Of a DNA stretch of 64,000 bases, positions 21,538-32,281 are shown piece by piece. The notes under the pieces were generated by a model. It did not search any database. It saw only the letters and a list, made by a program, of their open reading frames with translations, and had not been told where the DNA came from. Each line of letters opens with the position of its first letter. The stretch's first letter is position 1. Origin of the DNA: an uncultured Armatimonadia bacterium (GTDB taxonomy: Bacteria; Armatimonadota; Zipacnadia; CAVVLO01); assembly GCA_963749155.1 (NCBI GenBank), contig CAVVLO010000003.1:544001-608000 (forward strand), in the 5' to 3' direction. A program made the position numbers and the translations under genes.

Positions 21538-23192
21538 ATGGTTCAGCGTGTAGAGCCCGATCCGCGTGTCCGCGCTTATGTTATGCCTGCCCGCATCGTC
21601 TGGAAGAGCGGCGATGAGGAGAGCCTCCAGAACGCCGACCAGTTGCTCGTGCCTGGCAGCGGTCAGGTCACTATCTGGGGCGGCAATTATTGCATCCTCA
21701 AGCACACCGGTGAGGCGCCAGGCTTGCTTTTGGACTTCGGCAGAGAGCTGCACGGGGGCGTCCAGATCGCAGTACGTCACACCGGCGAAGGCAATAGGCC
21801 AGTCCGGGTACGTGTTCGCTTTGGCGAGTCGGTCTCCGAGGCGATGGATGAACCCAACCAGGATCACGCCGTCCACGACAATATCTGCCACTTGCCCTGG
21901 TGCGGCACCCACGAGGTCGGCAACACGGGTTTCCGCTTCGTGCGCATTGATTTGGTAGATCCTGGCACCCAGGTCGAACTACAACAGGTGCGGGCAGTCT
22001 TCCTCTACCGCGATCTCGACTATATCGGCACCTTCCGCTCGAATGACGAACGGCTCAATACCATCTTCGACACCGGCGCTTATGGCGTGCATCTCAATAT
22101 GCAGACTGGTGTCTGGGATGGCATCAAACGCGACCGGCTCGGTCTGGATAGGCGATATGCATCCCGAGACGACGGTCATCTCAAAAATTTTCGGCGACCA
22201 GGAAGTCGTGCGATGGAGCCTCGACCTCACGCGCGATGAGACGCCCTCTGCCGAACTGGATGAACGGCATCAGCAGTTATTCGCTCTGGTGGGTCATCAT
22301 CCACCGCGACTGGTACCTCCACCACGGCAATCTGCCCTATCTGATGCAACAGCGAGAATACCTGACCGCCCTGCTTGCGCGCCTCGCGGCCCTCGTGGAT
22401 GAGCAGGGCGTAGAACGGATGGACGGGATGCGCTTCCTCGACTGGCCGACCAGCGAGGACCCGAACGCCGTGCATTGTGGCCTGCAAGCGCTGCTCAAGT
22501 GGGGTCTCGAGGCCGGCGCAGAGCTGTGCGAGGTGCTGGGAGAGACTGCCACCGCCACACTTGCGAGCGCCTCCGCCAGGCGGCTGGAGCAGCATATACC
22601 CGACCCCGGCCAGGTGAAGAGCCCTGCCGCGCTGATGGCGCTCTCAGGCCTCGTAGAAGCCGCCGAGATCAACGCCAGGGTGCTCTCGCAGGACCAGTTC
22701 AGTGGCATCTCGACCTTCTACGGCTACTATGTACTGCAGGCGCGGGCCAAGGCCGGCGACTACCAGGGCGCGCTCGACGTCATCCGCAAGTTCTGGGGCG
22801 CGATGCTCGACCTCGGCGCGACGACCTTCTGGGAAGATTTCGACCTTTCCTGGGTCGAGAACAGTGCGGGGATAGACGAACTGGTGCCAGAGGGGATGCG
22901 CGACATCCACAAGGACTTCGGCAGCTATTGCTACAAGAGCCTGCGCCATTCGCTCTGCCATGGCTGGGCTTCAGGCCCGACCGCCTGGCTGTCCGAACAT
23001 GTCCTCGGCTTCAGGCCGCTCTCCCCCGGCTGCAAGCAGCTTGCCATCCAGCCGCACCTGGCCGACCTCGAATGGGCTGAGGGCAGCTTCCCCACCCCTT
23101 ACGGCACCGTCTGGGTGAAACACGTGAAGCAGGCCGACGGCTCCATCCTGACCGAAGTTGAAGCGCCAACGAGCGTGGAAATAGTCCAATAA
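21538..23192 (+). CDS. Alpha-L-rhamnosidase, GH78 (frameshifts near 22140 and 22245)
   Basis: LLDFGRELHGG, NTGFRFVR, WDGIKRDR-xWIGDMHPE, GATTFWEDF and SLCHGWASGP motifs. Confidence 0.92.
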
Positions 23193-23212
23193 CGAAAAAA
23201 CTGCTACAGGAG

Positions 23213-23242
23213 AAACCGGAGCCCTCGTGGCTCCGGTTTTTT
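23213..23242. terminator. Intrinsic terminator between convergent genes
   Basis: AAACCGGAGCC-CTCGT-GGCTCCGGTTTTTT. Confidence 0.8.
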
Positions 23243-23243
23243 G

Positions 23244-24866
23244 CTACTTGAGGGCCTCTTCTTCGGCGATGCGGGCGAAGGCTTCGAGGTCAGAGAAGTT
23301 GCCCTGCCAGGTCGTATACATAACTCCCTGCAGGTTGCCCGCCGCGCGCCCTGCGGACAGCCAATCACGCAGCTGTTCCACTGGCGCATCATAATAGCCG
23401 GCTACCAGCACCGGGTTGCCCCGCGCCGCGAAGAAAGGCAGGCTCTGGTCGCGAATCCCAAAGTGCCATGCGACGATGATCAGGTCCTTGTCCAGCCCCT
23501 CCCAGGAGCCCGCCAGGTCCCCGTTGACCAGATAGTAGTCAGCGCGCGCGTTGTGGAAGGGGTCGAACATATCGCTCCACACCGCGATGCGAGCGCCAGG
23601 GGCGATATTGCGGATCAGCCGCGCGCAGGTGGCCACGTTGTCGGCGAGGATCGCCCCCGGACTCAGATGACGCCGCTGGCACGACTCGTCCCAGTTCAGC
23701 ACCCGTAGCTCATCATGCATCATAAAGTACGTCTTCGCCTGCCACAGTGCGTGGACGCGCGCGAGCTGCCCGGCCAGCAGTTCGACCGTCTTCAATTCGG
23801 AGGGACAGATGGTCACCTGGGCATCATAGATAAGCACCGCGTGATAGCACGAAACCCGCAGCCGGGTGCCGTCGGGCAGGTCGGTCCTGATAGTCGGCGG
23901 CTCATGCCATACCTCGTAGCTGCCTGAATATGGCACTGTGCCCAGCCTTGGGTCCACGACAGGCTCGAAGTCCTTCCCCTCGACCAGCAGCTCGCCCGTG
24001 TCGTCGCGCTTTACCGTCAGCGGCGCGCCCTCGCGCCGCAGCAGGTTGAGCAGTGGCGTCTCCTCGATTGTGGCATCATCCCACCACAGCGACCCTGTCT
24101 GACCGTCCCAGCAACCGAAGTAGAGGCCGACCTCGGTGTTGTCCAGCGAGTTGAAGCTGAGGTGATGGACAGTCCAGTCCTGCGTTGGCTTAACGCCGAG
24201 GTTCTGGTAGCACAGCGACTGGTTACCGAGGACCGTGACGCGCGGCTCGCCGACAAAGTCCTGCGTCTTCACGCGCGCGCTGACGTGGTATTGACGGAAG
24301 GGAGCCACTTTCACCCGCTGGACAATGCGGGCGTTCTGCCCGTGGGGATCTCTCATCAGTGCCGCGCCGGCATCCGCGGTGACCGTATCGTCTTTCCAGT
24401 CCCACTGCGCCAGGTCGGCGAAATCCGCTCCGTTCAACGCCACCGGCGGGTCGGCCACCGGCCGCGCCTCGCCCCCCTCGACGACGAAAAGGGCCTCCTT
24501 CACCGGCATCCCCTCGGCCAGATTGGGATCCTGACAGAGCAGCTCCTCCGAGTAGCCGATGGGGCACACGCCGGGGATTATCTCCAGGTGCAGTTCTGCC
24601 GCGAGCGCTTTCACCCGCATGCAATTCGTGAAGTACCGCTCGGGCATCTCGTTCAGACGCCCGAACTTGCTGTCGGTAATGACCACTCCCGTATAACCGG
24701 CCGCCGCGGCGCGACGCCAGATACCCTCCAGCCGGTTGACGTTCTCATCCACCAGCAGGTTGGTCTGGTAGTAGAGCCACCTGTCCGGCAGTGGCTGACT
24801 TTGCTGGGCCAACCCCCCCTGCGCAAGTATCAGGAGCAACAGTACCAGCAGCGCGCCCACTTTCAT
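23244..24866 (-). CDS. Secreted putative GH20-like TIM-barrel hydrolase with an inserted CBM-like domain
   Basis: Signal peptide MKVGALLVLLLLILAQGGLA; FMMHDELR, VWSDMFDP, IIVAW and GVMYTTW mirror GH20 barrel motifs; the insert ends LWWDDATIEE as CBM4/9 domains do. Confidence 0.5.
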   Translation of the reverse strand: MKVGALLVLLLLILAQGGLAQQSQPLPDRWLYYQTNLLVDENVNRLEGIWRRAAAAGYTGVVITDSKFGRLNEMPERYFTNCMRVKALAAELHLEIIPGVCPIGYSEELLCQDPNLAEGMPVKEALFVVEGGEARPVADPPVALNGADFADLAQWDWKDDTVTADAGAALMRDPHGQNARIVQRVKVAPFRQYHVSARVKTQDFVGEPRVTVLGNQSLCYQNLGVKPTQDWTVHHLSFNSLDNTEVGLYFGCWDGQTGSLWWDDATIEETPLLNLLRREGAPLTVKRDDTGELLVEGKDFEPVVDPRLGTVPYSGSYEVWHEPPTIRTDLPDGTRLRVSCYHAVLIYDAQVTICPSELKTVELLAGQLARVHALWQAKTYFMMHDELRVLNWDESCQRRHLSPGAILADNVATCARLIRNIAPGARIAVWSDMFDPFHNARADYYLVNGDLAGSWEGLDKDLIIVAWHFGIRDQSLPFFAARGNPVLVAGYYDAPVEQLRDWLSAGRAAGNLQGVMYTTWQGNFSDLEAFARIAEEEALK

Positions 24867-24877
24867 CTGGCTCTTCC

Positions 24878-26725
24878 TCACTTCTCCAGCAGGGCCGGAA
24901 TCCCCTCAGACAGTTGCACCTCAAGGCCAGTGATGGTTGGAGACTGCCCCGAGGAGGCCGGACGCCATTCCAGCCCCGAGGTGATGCCTGGCCGGGGGTC
25001 ATCAAGCTCCAGTCCCTCGATAGTTACCTGCTCGGAGTTCTCGAACAGCAGCAGCGGGCAGGCGCGCGCCAGCCAGGCGTCCGCTTTGCTCTTGATGACG
25101 TTGTTCCTCAGCCTCACCCCGATGCACGATGCGACGTGGATGGCCGTCGCGGGCATGTCGATGAAGGTGTTATCCTCAATCAGCACATCCCGCTCGAAGG
25201 GCACATCGGCTGCGCTGAAGCCGTATTTGGGAGTGCGCACGTTGACCACGCCAACGCTCGGATTGTCGGCGTACCCCTGGCAGTAGCCGCCTCCGATGAA
25301 GGTGTTACCGCGCACGATGTAATGCTGGCCCACCGGTCCCTCCGGCCAGTCGGGCGAGTTGGCTATCTCGATGGCATTGCCCGAAGTGTTGTCTATCAGG
25401 TTGCCTTCGATAATCCCGTCTCCTGCCGAAAGCAGCACGGCATAGCGCCTGTGTTCGCGCATTATGTTGTTCCGGATTATGAACCCGCTGCCGCTTCGGT
25501 CGAGGGTGAACAGTGTATCGGCATCTGTGTGGTCCTTGCCGGCCTTCAGGCCTTCTACAGGATGCTCCAGCGTCACGCGAAGCAACCGTTGGCCCTCCAG
25601 GTCGGCGAGAGCCACGTCCACGGCTTTCACGTTGCCGCGCACGAGGCCTGTCACGGGATCGTAGACCTGCAAGGTCTCGCCCGGCAGCACCAGCGCGCCC
25701 GGTGTTACCAGCACCTCGGTTGGAGAGACAATCTGACGCACGATATTTGGCGGCACGTAGATGTTGATGGTGTCGTCGGCCATCCCCTCGAACAGACACT
25801 CTTCCACCAGCGGCCCCTTGATATTGGCCTGGCAGTGGACCCCATCAGCGCAGGTGGTGAGCAGGCGGTCGGTATCAGGCTTGAACATAACACGGAAACG
25901 CCGGAGCGTCGTGTCCCGGCTGCCGATGACCGCGCTAGCCAGCCCTCCACCCGTGTAGACGGTAAAATCCTCCACCCCACAGCCCCGGCTGATTTGAAAG
26001 TTGACCGGCGGGTTGCCCGACCGCGCAAGCTGGACATACCGGTCACCGACGGCGAAATGCTTGAGCTTCCACTCCTGCCCTGCGGCCACGTGCATCCGGA
26101 AAGTGCGGCCCGCAAGCGTCTCGAACTCGTCTATAAAGCAAAAGTCCGGCGCGCCCTTCTTCAGCCTGCGCTGGTCCCTCTCGTAGAGCATCCCCCACTT
26201 GCCAAAAGGCTTGGGCAGGTCGTTGAAATACCAGTCGGTAAGCAGTGGATAGCCTTCCTGCACCTCGAAGTCGAAGCTCTTGCCGGCTTCGTCCACCGCC
26301 GTGACAAGGCCCTGAGTAAAGGGCAGCGGGTCATAATCGATGGTCACATCGCGCACCCAGGTGTCGTCCGAGTTCTGTATCAGGAAACCGCCCGAGCGCG
26401 GGTTGAAGATGACGAGGTGAGTGGCGCCCGGGATGCCCCGGACGGTCAGCCCCTTCGCATCAATAAGCGGAAAGCAGAAGCCTCCATTGGGCTCCGGCAT
26501 CACACGATACTCGCCCGGGCCAATTACTACCTCAGCGCCTGGGCCGGCGGCCTTGGCGGCCTCGATAGCGGCGCGGATGAAGGGCGCGCTGTTGTCTTGA
26601 CCAGGTTGAGCGCCATAGTCGGCGACGTTGAAAGTCTTCACAGGGGCCTCCTCGGCAAGGACAGGGGAAAGAAGCAATACAAGCACCGCGAGCGCGGCGC
26701 AGAACAGACCACGGAAAAGCGTCAT
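24878..26725 (-). CDS. Secreted parallel beta-helix protein, GH110 alpha-1,3-galactosidase-like
   Basis: IDYDPLPFTQG, ADGVHC and FEGMADDTINIY motifs; ATG at 26725 with AGGAGG and signal peptide. Confidence 0.72.
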   Translation of the reverse strand: MTLFRGLFCAALAVLVLLLSPVLAEEAPVKTFNVADYGAQPGQDNSAPFIRAAIEAAKAAGPGAEVVIGPGEYRVMPEPNGGFCFPLIDAKGLTVRGIPGATHLVIFNPRSGGFLIQNSDDTWVRDVTIDYDPLPFTQGLVTAVDEAGKSFDFEVQEGYPLLTDWYFNDLPKPFGKWGMLYERDQRRLKKGAPDFCFIDEFETLAGRTFRMHVAAGQEWKLKHFAVGDRYVQLARSGNPPVNFQISRGCGVEDFTVYTGGGLASAVIGSRDTTLRRFRVMFKPDTDRLLTTCADGVHCQANIKGPLVEECLFEGMADDTINIYVPPNIVRQIVSPTEVLVTPGALVLPGETLQVYDPVTGLVRGNVKAVDVALADLEGQRLLRVTLEHPVEGLKAGKDHTDADTLFTLDRSGSGFIIRNNIMREHRRYAVLLSAGDGIIEGNLIDNTSGNAIEIANSPDWPEGPVGQHYIVRGNTFIGGGYCQGYADNPSVGVVNVRTPKYGFSAADVPFERDVLIEDNTFIDMPATAIHVASCIGVRLRNNVIKSKADAWLARACPLLLFENSEQVTIEGLELDDPRPGITSGLEWRPASSGQSPTITGLEVQLSEGIPALLEK

Positions 26726-26745
26726 CCAGAACCTCCTGGGCACTG

Positions 26746-27501
26746 CTAAGGTACTGGTAGATTCGCCTGAGGGGCTTCTTCCCCTGCCTCGGAGGCCTTG
26801 GGGACCTCGGCAAGGGACGCAAGCAGGGCGGCAAGCCCCCAGAGGACGAATACGGAGGCTGCGGTAACGACTGGCAGGAAGAGCAAGACCACGAGTAGGA
26901 CAGACTCAGTTGGCGACCACCAGGCTGTAGTAGCAGCACACCAAGCGCCCAGACCAGGACGCACAGCGCAACTAGCGCGATAGATACTTCGCTCAGCTAG
27001 TCCGACGCAGTACCTGCCTGGAGGGGCGTCGCTCGAACAGAGCCAGCAACGCAGGGGCGCCGAGGTAGGCAAGCGGCAGCACGGGGCTCATCCAAGCTGC
27101 CATGAGCAGCAAGGCGGCCCCGCCTGTGGCAGAGCTGAAGGCTGGACTGATCCGAGACACCGCTACCCCCGCCAACACTGCCAGCAGTAAAGCGGCTACG
27201 AATACTGCCAGCGTGACCACCACCGTCTGCCGCCACGCAGGCAGCAACTCCAGGTCAACAGGCGACCCAGTGCGTCGCCGTACTTCGGCTCTTAACAGCG
27301 ACAGGAAACGCAAGGAAGAAGCCCACGATACCTAGCGCGCCCCAGGTGGAGTGGATCTCAAGCCCGTAGTTTTCCAGAAAGATCGGTACCATCGGTAGCA
27401 CAAAATAGGTGCGGTAAAACGATCACCCAGGCAAGCAGAGAGGGACCATGCAGATAGTCTTTCCTCGATGGAGCGGGCGCAGCAGTGGCAGTTTCGGCCA
27501 T
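26746..27501 (-). CDS. Multi-pass membrane protein of unknown function (several frameshifts)
   Basis: Hydrophobic segments in successive frames: MAETATAAP...LLAWVIVLPHLF, GALGIVGFFLAFPV, VVVTLAVFVAALLLAVLAGV, VLLVVLLFLPVVTAASVFVLWGLAALL. Confidence 0.5.
26761..26787 (-). promoter_or_regulatory. SigH-like bipartite motif
   Basis: GCAGGG-N16-CGAAT, 36 nt before the ATG at 26725. Confidence 0.65.
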
Positions 27502-27520
27502 CTCGATCACCCTGAGGAGG

Positions 27521-27547
27521 ATTCGCTACAAGCCCTTGATATCCTGC
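27521..27547 (-). promoter_or_regulatory. SigH-like bipartite motif
   Basis: GCAGGA-N16-CGAAT, the closest match to the consensus, 20 nt before the ATG at 27501. Confidence 0.6.
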
Positions 27548-27558
27548 CGGAGGGCATA

Positions 27559-28923
27559 CTAAAGCGCCGGTGGCATGTTCTGGAACCTCGAGGCCCTCGA
27601 CCACCAGTTCAATCCGGCTGCCAGCGGGCAGCTCTGGCTCTCCCGGCTGGCTGAACCGGGCCAGCACGAGATCGTCGGCCACTTCCACCTCGCCCGGACC
27701 CGACACCAAACGGGCGTCCAGCAACCGCACGGGCAGCCGCCAGATGACCGGCTTGCCAAGGTGCGCGGCGCGGTTCAGCGTCATCGTCAGTTTCAACCGC
27801 ACCTGGCCTGGCTTCTCGATGGGAAGCCGCTCAAGGGACTGCTCATAGAGAGGTTCAGTCACGCGCGGCAGCCGGGCTTCATAGGCCGGGTCACCATAGA
27901 GCGCCCACACATCGCGGTCGTACGCCAGGCCTTCCTGATTGGAGTCAGTCAGGGGATGGCGCTCCTCGAACAGCAGCGCCTGGTTGATGAGGAACGAGGC
28001 CTCGGCGAAGGTGTACTCGTCCTGCAAGATCGAGGAAATAACTCGCTACACCCCAGCCCATATAGCCGAACCAGGTCTCGACGGTGTCAGCCGGCGAACT
28101 GGACAGCTCCCCCGCTGCCAAGCCAACCGGCGGCCAGACAGTTGGGCTGAGTGAGGCGGCCAGCCAGGCAGTTGCCCACTGCATAGATGATTTTCGGATT
28201 CGTCGAGTGGATGTCCAGCCTTCTTTTCGCGTTGTCGCGCCCGTAGAGAGTGCCGTTATCCGCAAGGAAATAGCCCTCTGGATCGGCTGTCGGATAGTGA
28301 AGCTGCCAGCCATCGGGCCAGGCGTGGCCACTGGTGACCACGAAATCAGCGCGGCCCTGGTTGAGGGCGTCGACTAGCGCGGGGGTGTCGTCCTCGGGGC
28401 CGTCGTTCGGCTGCTGGAGGGCGCCTCCGGCCTGCTTCACCCAGTGTTCGGTCAGGTTGGCTTCGGAATGATACTCGCCCTCGGTGAGCTGGTTCAGCCA
28501 GCCGCCGCAGGTCTTCAGCAGGCCGTTCTCGACCCTCAGCGGTGGCGCTTCCAGTTGGCGCAGGGCGTCCTCGGGGCGCGCTCCAGTGAGGATTGCCCAT
28601 ACGGCATCGCCCCACGGGTCGGCATCGAGGGCGCGCGTAAGCTGATGCGCCCGGCGGACATACTCTTCTCCAAGCTCGCCCAGTTGCCCCACGAAGCAGC
28701 AATACTCCGGGTGGAGCCTCGAAAGCTCCCTCTTGACCGACCTTGGAAAAGCCTCGCCCTCGTAAACGACCAGCGTCCCCGAGTGCTTGTCCAGCGCCGT
28801 CTGAACGACCTCTGCCCACCCGGGCGCAGCCAGTGTCGTCTCGCTGACGACAACGGCGTAGGGCCGCGCGCAAGCGACGGGGGCAAGGAGCAAGACTGCG
28901 ACAACCAGGAGGAAGGAACGCAT
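27559..28923 (-). CDS. Secreted peptidase C25 (gingipain)-like protein (frameshifts near 28090 and 28030; 3' end approximate)
   Basis: Signal peptide; VVTSGHA (His), YAVGNCLAG (Cys), GGAVQFAG and WALYGDPA match the clan CD/C25 pattern. Confidence 0.55.
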
Positions 28924-28931
28924 CAGACCAG

Positions 28932-29902
28932 CTACTCCTTCAACGCGTCGATATGCGGCTGCAGCGCCTTGATGAAAGCCTGCATCGCCTCAATGAGCTT
29001 GTCTTGAAGCTCTGGCCAGCGGGATTCGTAGCTGACACCGAAATCCGCCACGGGCAGCAGATAGCGCAGGTTGCCTGTCCCTCGGGCGCCTGTCCATTCA
29101 AGTGCTTCGGCCTCGAGGGCAGCCTCGATCTCTCGCTGGTCTTGACTCGCAGTTGCGTATAAAGACGGCGGTTCGCGCTCTGGATCGCTTGGCGTCGAGG
29201 GAGAGCTCGACTCTGGACGCATTCTTGTTGACACGTAGTCGACAGTACCAGAAGAATAACCGTCGCCTATGGCAGCCGGTCAGTCCTTGGAAGGGGAAGG
29301 TTGCTCCTGTAAGGCTTGATGCCGCCGCTGCTGCAGCTTCGCGAATAAGCTGGCTCCAGAACTCCTGCATCGCTTGCTGGCTCTCAGTAAGCTCGTTCTT
29401 TGCTGACCAGCGACTGCCTCGCGTTGCCTCGCTTGGGCCCGCGATCAGCGTTATCAGCGGAGCGGGAGCAGATTCACCTATCTTGACGGCCTCGAACTGC
29501 AGCAGGTAGAAGTTATTTGGGCTGTTGTCGTTGAGCCAGGAGATGGCCTTCACATGTTCCTGACGCGGCTCTTCGACGAGCCAGATGGCGACCTTGGCTT
29601 CCATCGCAGCCATATAGGTCAGCAGCTTGCCCAAGTGGTCGTGGTCGCTCTTGCCCGAACTGGTTCTCAATGACGATCGTGTTCCCGTATCGGCTAGACG
29701 TGCCAACAGAGATCGACCCGGAAAGTTGCCGAGCGTAGCATCTCGTTCGTTCAAGCTCGGCTAAGCGCAATCCCAGCGTGTCCGGCCAGCAGGTCGCAGA
29801 TGTTGCTCCCTAAGCCATGGTGTGAAGTCGCTTGTCTCGTTTGGCCAGATGTCTCGTTACCGGTACGCGTTCCAACTTCCCAAGTTGCTGCTTCAGCGCC
29901 AT
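28932..29902 (-). CDS. DUF4268-type protein with N-terminal PD-(D/E)xK-like nuclease domain (many frameshifts)
   Basis: Joined frames: MALKQQLGKLERVPV-RDIWPNETSDFTPWL, IVIENQFG, DHDHLGKLLTY, EEPRQEHVKAISWLN, QEFWSQL. Confidence 0.7.
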
Positions 29903-29905
29903 CGG

Positions 29906-30977
29906 TTACACCTTCTCCACGAGCTGACGCAGCAGGGTGAGGTAGTCTCGGTAGACTCCCAGCGAGGTGCTCGGGTGGACCGAGTGGTCGAAACTCGGCA
30001 GGTAGCCGAGATGCGGCGACCATATACTCGAGCGTCTCGGTCACATAGCGCTCCATCACCTCACCGCCCTGCGCGACGATCAGCTTGTCCAGACCGCCAA
30101 TCAGCTGCAGCTTCGGATACTGCCTGCGCAGCTCCACAGGGCTGACGCCTGAGGCGCCTTCCATCGGCAGCACGCCTGTGATGCCCCCTTCGAGGAAGGC
30201 CGTCACCAGCGAGCGCATATCGCCGTCCGAGTCCACGATGATGACCTCCACCCCGTGCGCCTTCAGGAAGTCCGTGAGTCGCTTATACCTCGGCGTCATC
30301 AGCTCGCGCGCGAGGGCCGGCGAGATCATCGGGCCGTTCTTGAAGGCCATATCCTCGCCCAGGACGACCAAATCCACCTCGACCTCACTGACGGCCTTCT
30401 CCCAAAGCGTAATCATAAACTCGGTGTGGAAGTCCATCATCTCGACGACCCAGGCCTTCTCGTCCATAAAGGCCACCATCAGGTCCGTGAACTCCATAAA
30501 GTCGCGCCCGAAGGCCAGAAGGCCGCGACAGACAAGTCCAACGGGATAGTCGCGCGTCTTGAGCTGGGCCACGTAGTCGTCCCAGCCGGGGATGTACCGC
30601 GTCGGGTCGCTCGCATCGAGCCGGTCTTTTAGCGCGAGGAAGTCCTTGCGCGTCTTGATGGGGAACTCCACATAATGCGGCATCGCGCTGCCATGCTTGA
30701 ACTCGCGCTTGAGGACGCCTGTCTCATCGCGCACCAGGCGCGTCAACTCGTCCTCCTCCAGTACCTGGCGCTCGAAGGCGGGCACAAAGTTGAAGTTTAC
30801 CGGTAGCCAGGCGAAGGGGTCGTAGCCGAAGTACTGGTTGAAGTCCACGCCCGCCGGCAGTCCCTCCTCCTGCCAGCGTTCGACGGTCTCGGGCCAGTAG
30901 AACATCCATTCCATAAAAGGCAGTCGGTCGGGCTTGCCGAAGAGCATCGTCTCGCGGAACCGCTCGCGCGCGTTCAT
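29906..30977 (-). CDS. URO-D/MtaA-CmuA fold protein (frameshift near 30020)
   Basis: MNARERF...PDRLP, EDMAFKNGPMISP, VDSDGD, GGLDK and GYLPSFDHSV motifs. Confidence 0.85.
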
Positions 30978-31017
30978 ACGCAATTCTCCCTGGGCAAAAT
31001 ATTGCTCTGGAGGGGCA

Positions 31018-32271
31018 CTACAGCCCCGCGTTGCCGACCATTACGCCTTCGGAGAGGACCTCCGGGGGTGCTCCGTTGCGGGCGAGCACGTTGCCGGTGA
31101 AGGCCCAGTTGGTGCCAGCGAGGCTTCCCACCCGGCCGTTGTCGGCGATACGGCAGCCTGAGATGACCCAGTCTCGCGCGCGCTCTCCGATAACCAGCCC
31201 AGAGCCCTGGTTGTGGCGGACGGTCACCCCACTGAGGCTGAAGCTGCCGGACTTCGCCACGAAGCCGTTATGAGCGCCAGGCCGGCCATAGGCTCCGCCA
31301 TTGAAGATGGTACCGCCGGCAATCACCATAATTGCACCGGGGCTGTTCTCTTCGATCTGGATTTGCGCCTCGTCGCTGCTGGCCGCCCACAGACCCGCGA
31401 TGCTGGTGTAGGCGTTGTCCACCTGGCGGATGCCAAAGATCGAGCTGTCGAAGGTCGCGTGGGTAATGAAGATCTCGCGGTTGGAGGGGTTGCCCTCCTC
31501 GCCGATTTTCAAGCCTGTGTGCAGGCCGATTATGTCGGTGGTCACGATATGCACCCCACCGTTGTTGTTGGTGAGATGCACACCGATGCAGGGGAAGTTC
31601 TCCCGGTCATGCCCGAGGATGCGCCCGCCGAAGATGCGCACCTCCGAGCCGCGCGCGACCTTGATGCCGGTGCCGCTGACCCCGCCCCAGAAGAGACAAT
31701 GATCGAAGGTGGTCGTATCCGTAACCTGCTCTGTGACGATCCCGCTGCCCATCCGGACACCCGCGCGGTCGAAAAGCAGATGGTGGAAGAAACTGCGCTC
31801 CGCCCCGCCCAGGCAAGCGATGGCAGGTGTGGTGGGCGACTTGTCGGTAGTCGTGGCAGTGATGGCCAGGTTGCGGACAGAAGACTCCCGGCACGACTTG
31901 CCCTCGGGCCACAGCAGCGCCGGGGCATCGTTCTCCTGCAGCAGCCGGGTGCTCCACCCATCGCCCGTGAGGTCTATCCGGTCGGCACTGTTTATCACCA
32001 GAGGCGCGGTCAGGCGGTACCGGCCTGCAGGGATATGAACTCGCCCTCCCCCCGCGCGCACGCAGGCGTCAATCGCGGCTTGAAGCGCCTGGGTGTCGTC
32101 GGTGACCCCATCGCCAGTGGCGCCGAAGGTGGCAGCGGACAGGCTCTGGCCTTCGGCAGCGCCCTGGGCGACGGCCGGAGCAGCCGACAGCCCCGCTGCG
32201 CCGATCCCGGCGATTAGCCCGAGCTTGAGCGCGTCCTTCCTGGTCAGTGGCCTGCCATGATCGGGTTCCAT
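31018..32271 (-). CDS. Tat-type exported pectate-lyase-3-like beta-helix protein
   Basis: LTRKDALKLG Tat-like signal; FGATGDGVTDDTQALQAAID...VHIPAGRY. Confidence 0.75.
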   Translation of the reverse strand: MEPDHGRPLTRKDALKLGLIAGIGAAGLSAAPAVAQGAAEGQSLSAATFGATGDGVTDDTQALQAAIDACVRAGGGRVHIPAGRYRLTAPLVINSADRIDLTGDGWSTRLLQENDAPALLWPEGKSCRESSVRNLAITATTTDKSPTTPAIACLGGAERSFFHHLLFDRAGVRMGSGIVTEQVTDTTTFDHCLFWGGVSGTGIKVARGSEVRIFGGRILGHDRENFPCIGVHLTNNNGGVHIVTTDIIGLHTGLKIGEEGNPSNREIFITHATFDSSIFGIRQVDNAYTSIAGLWAASSDEAQIQIEENSPGAIMVIAGGTIFNGGAYGRPGAHNGFVAKSGSFSLSGVTVRHNQGSGLVIGERARDWVISGCRIADNGRVGSLAGTNWAFTGNVLARNGAPPEVLSEGVMVGNAGL

Positions 32272-32281
32272 AAAGCCTCGC

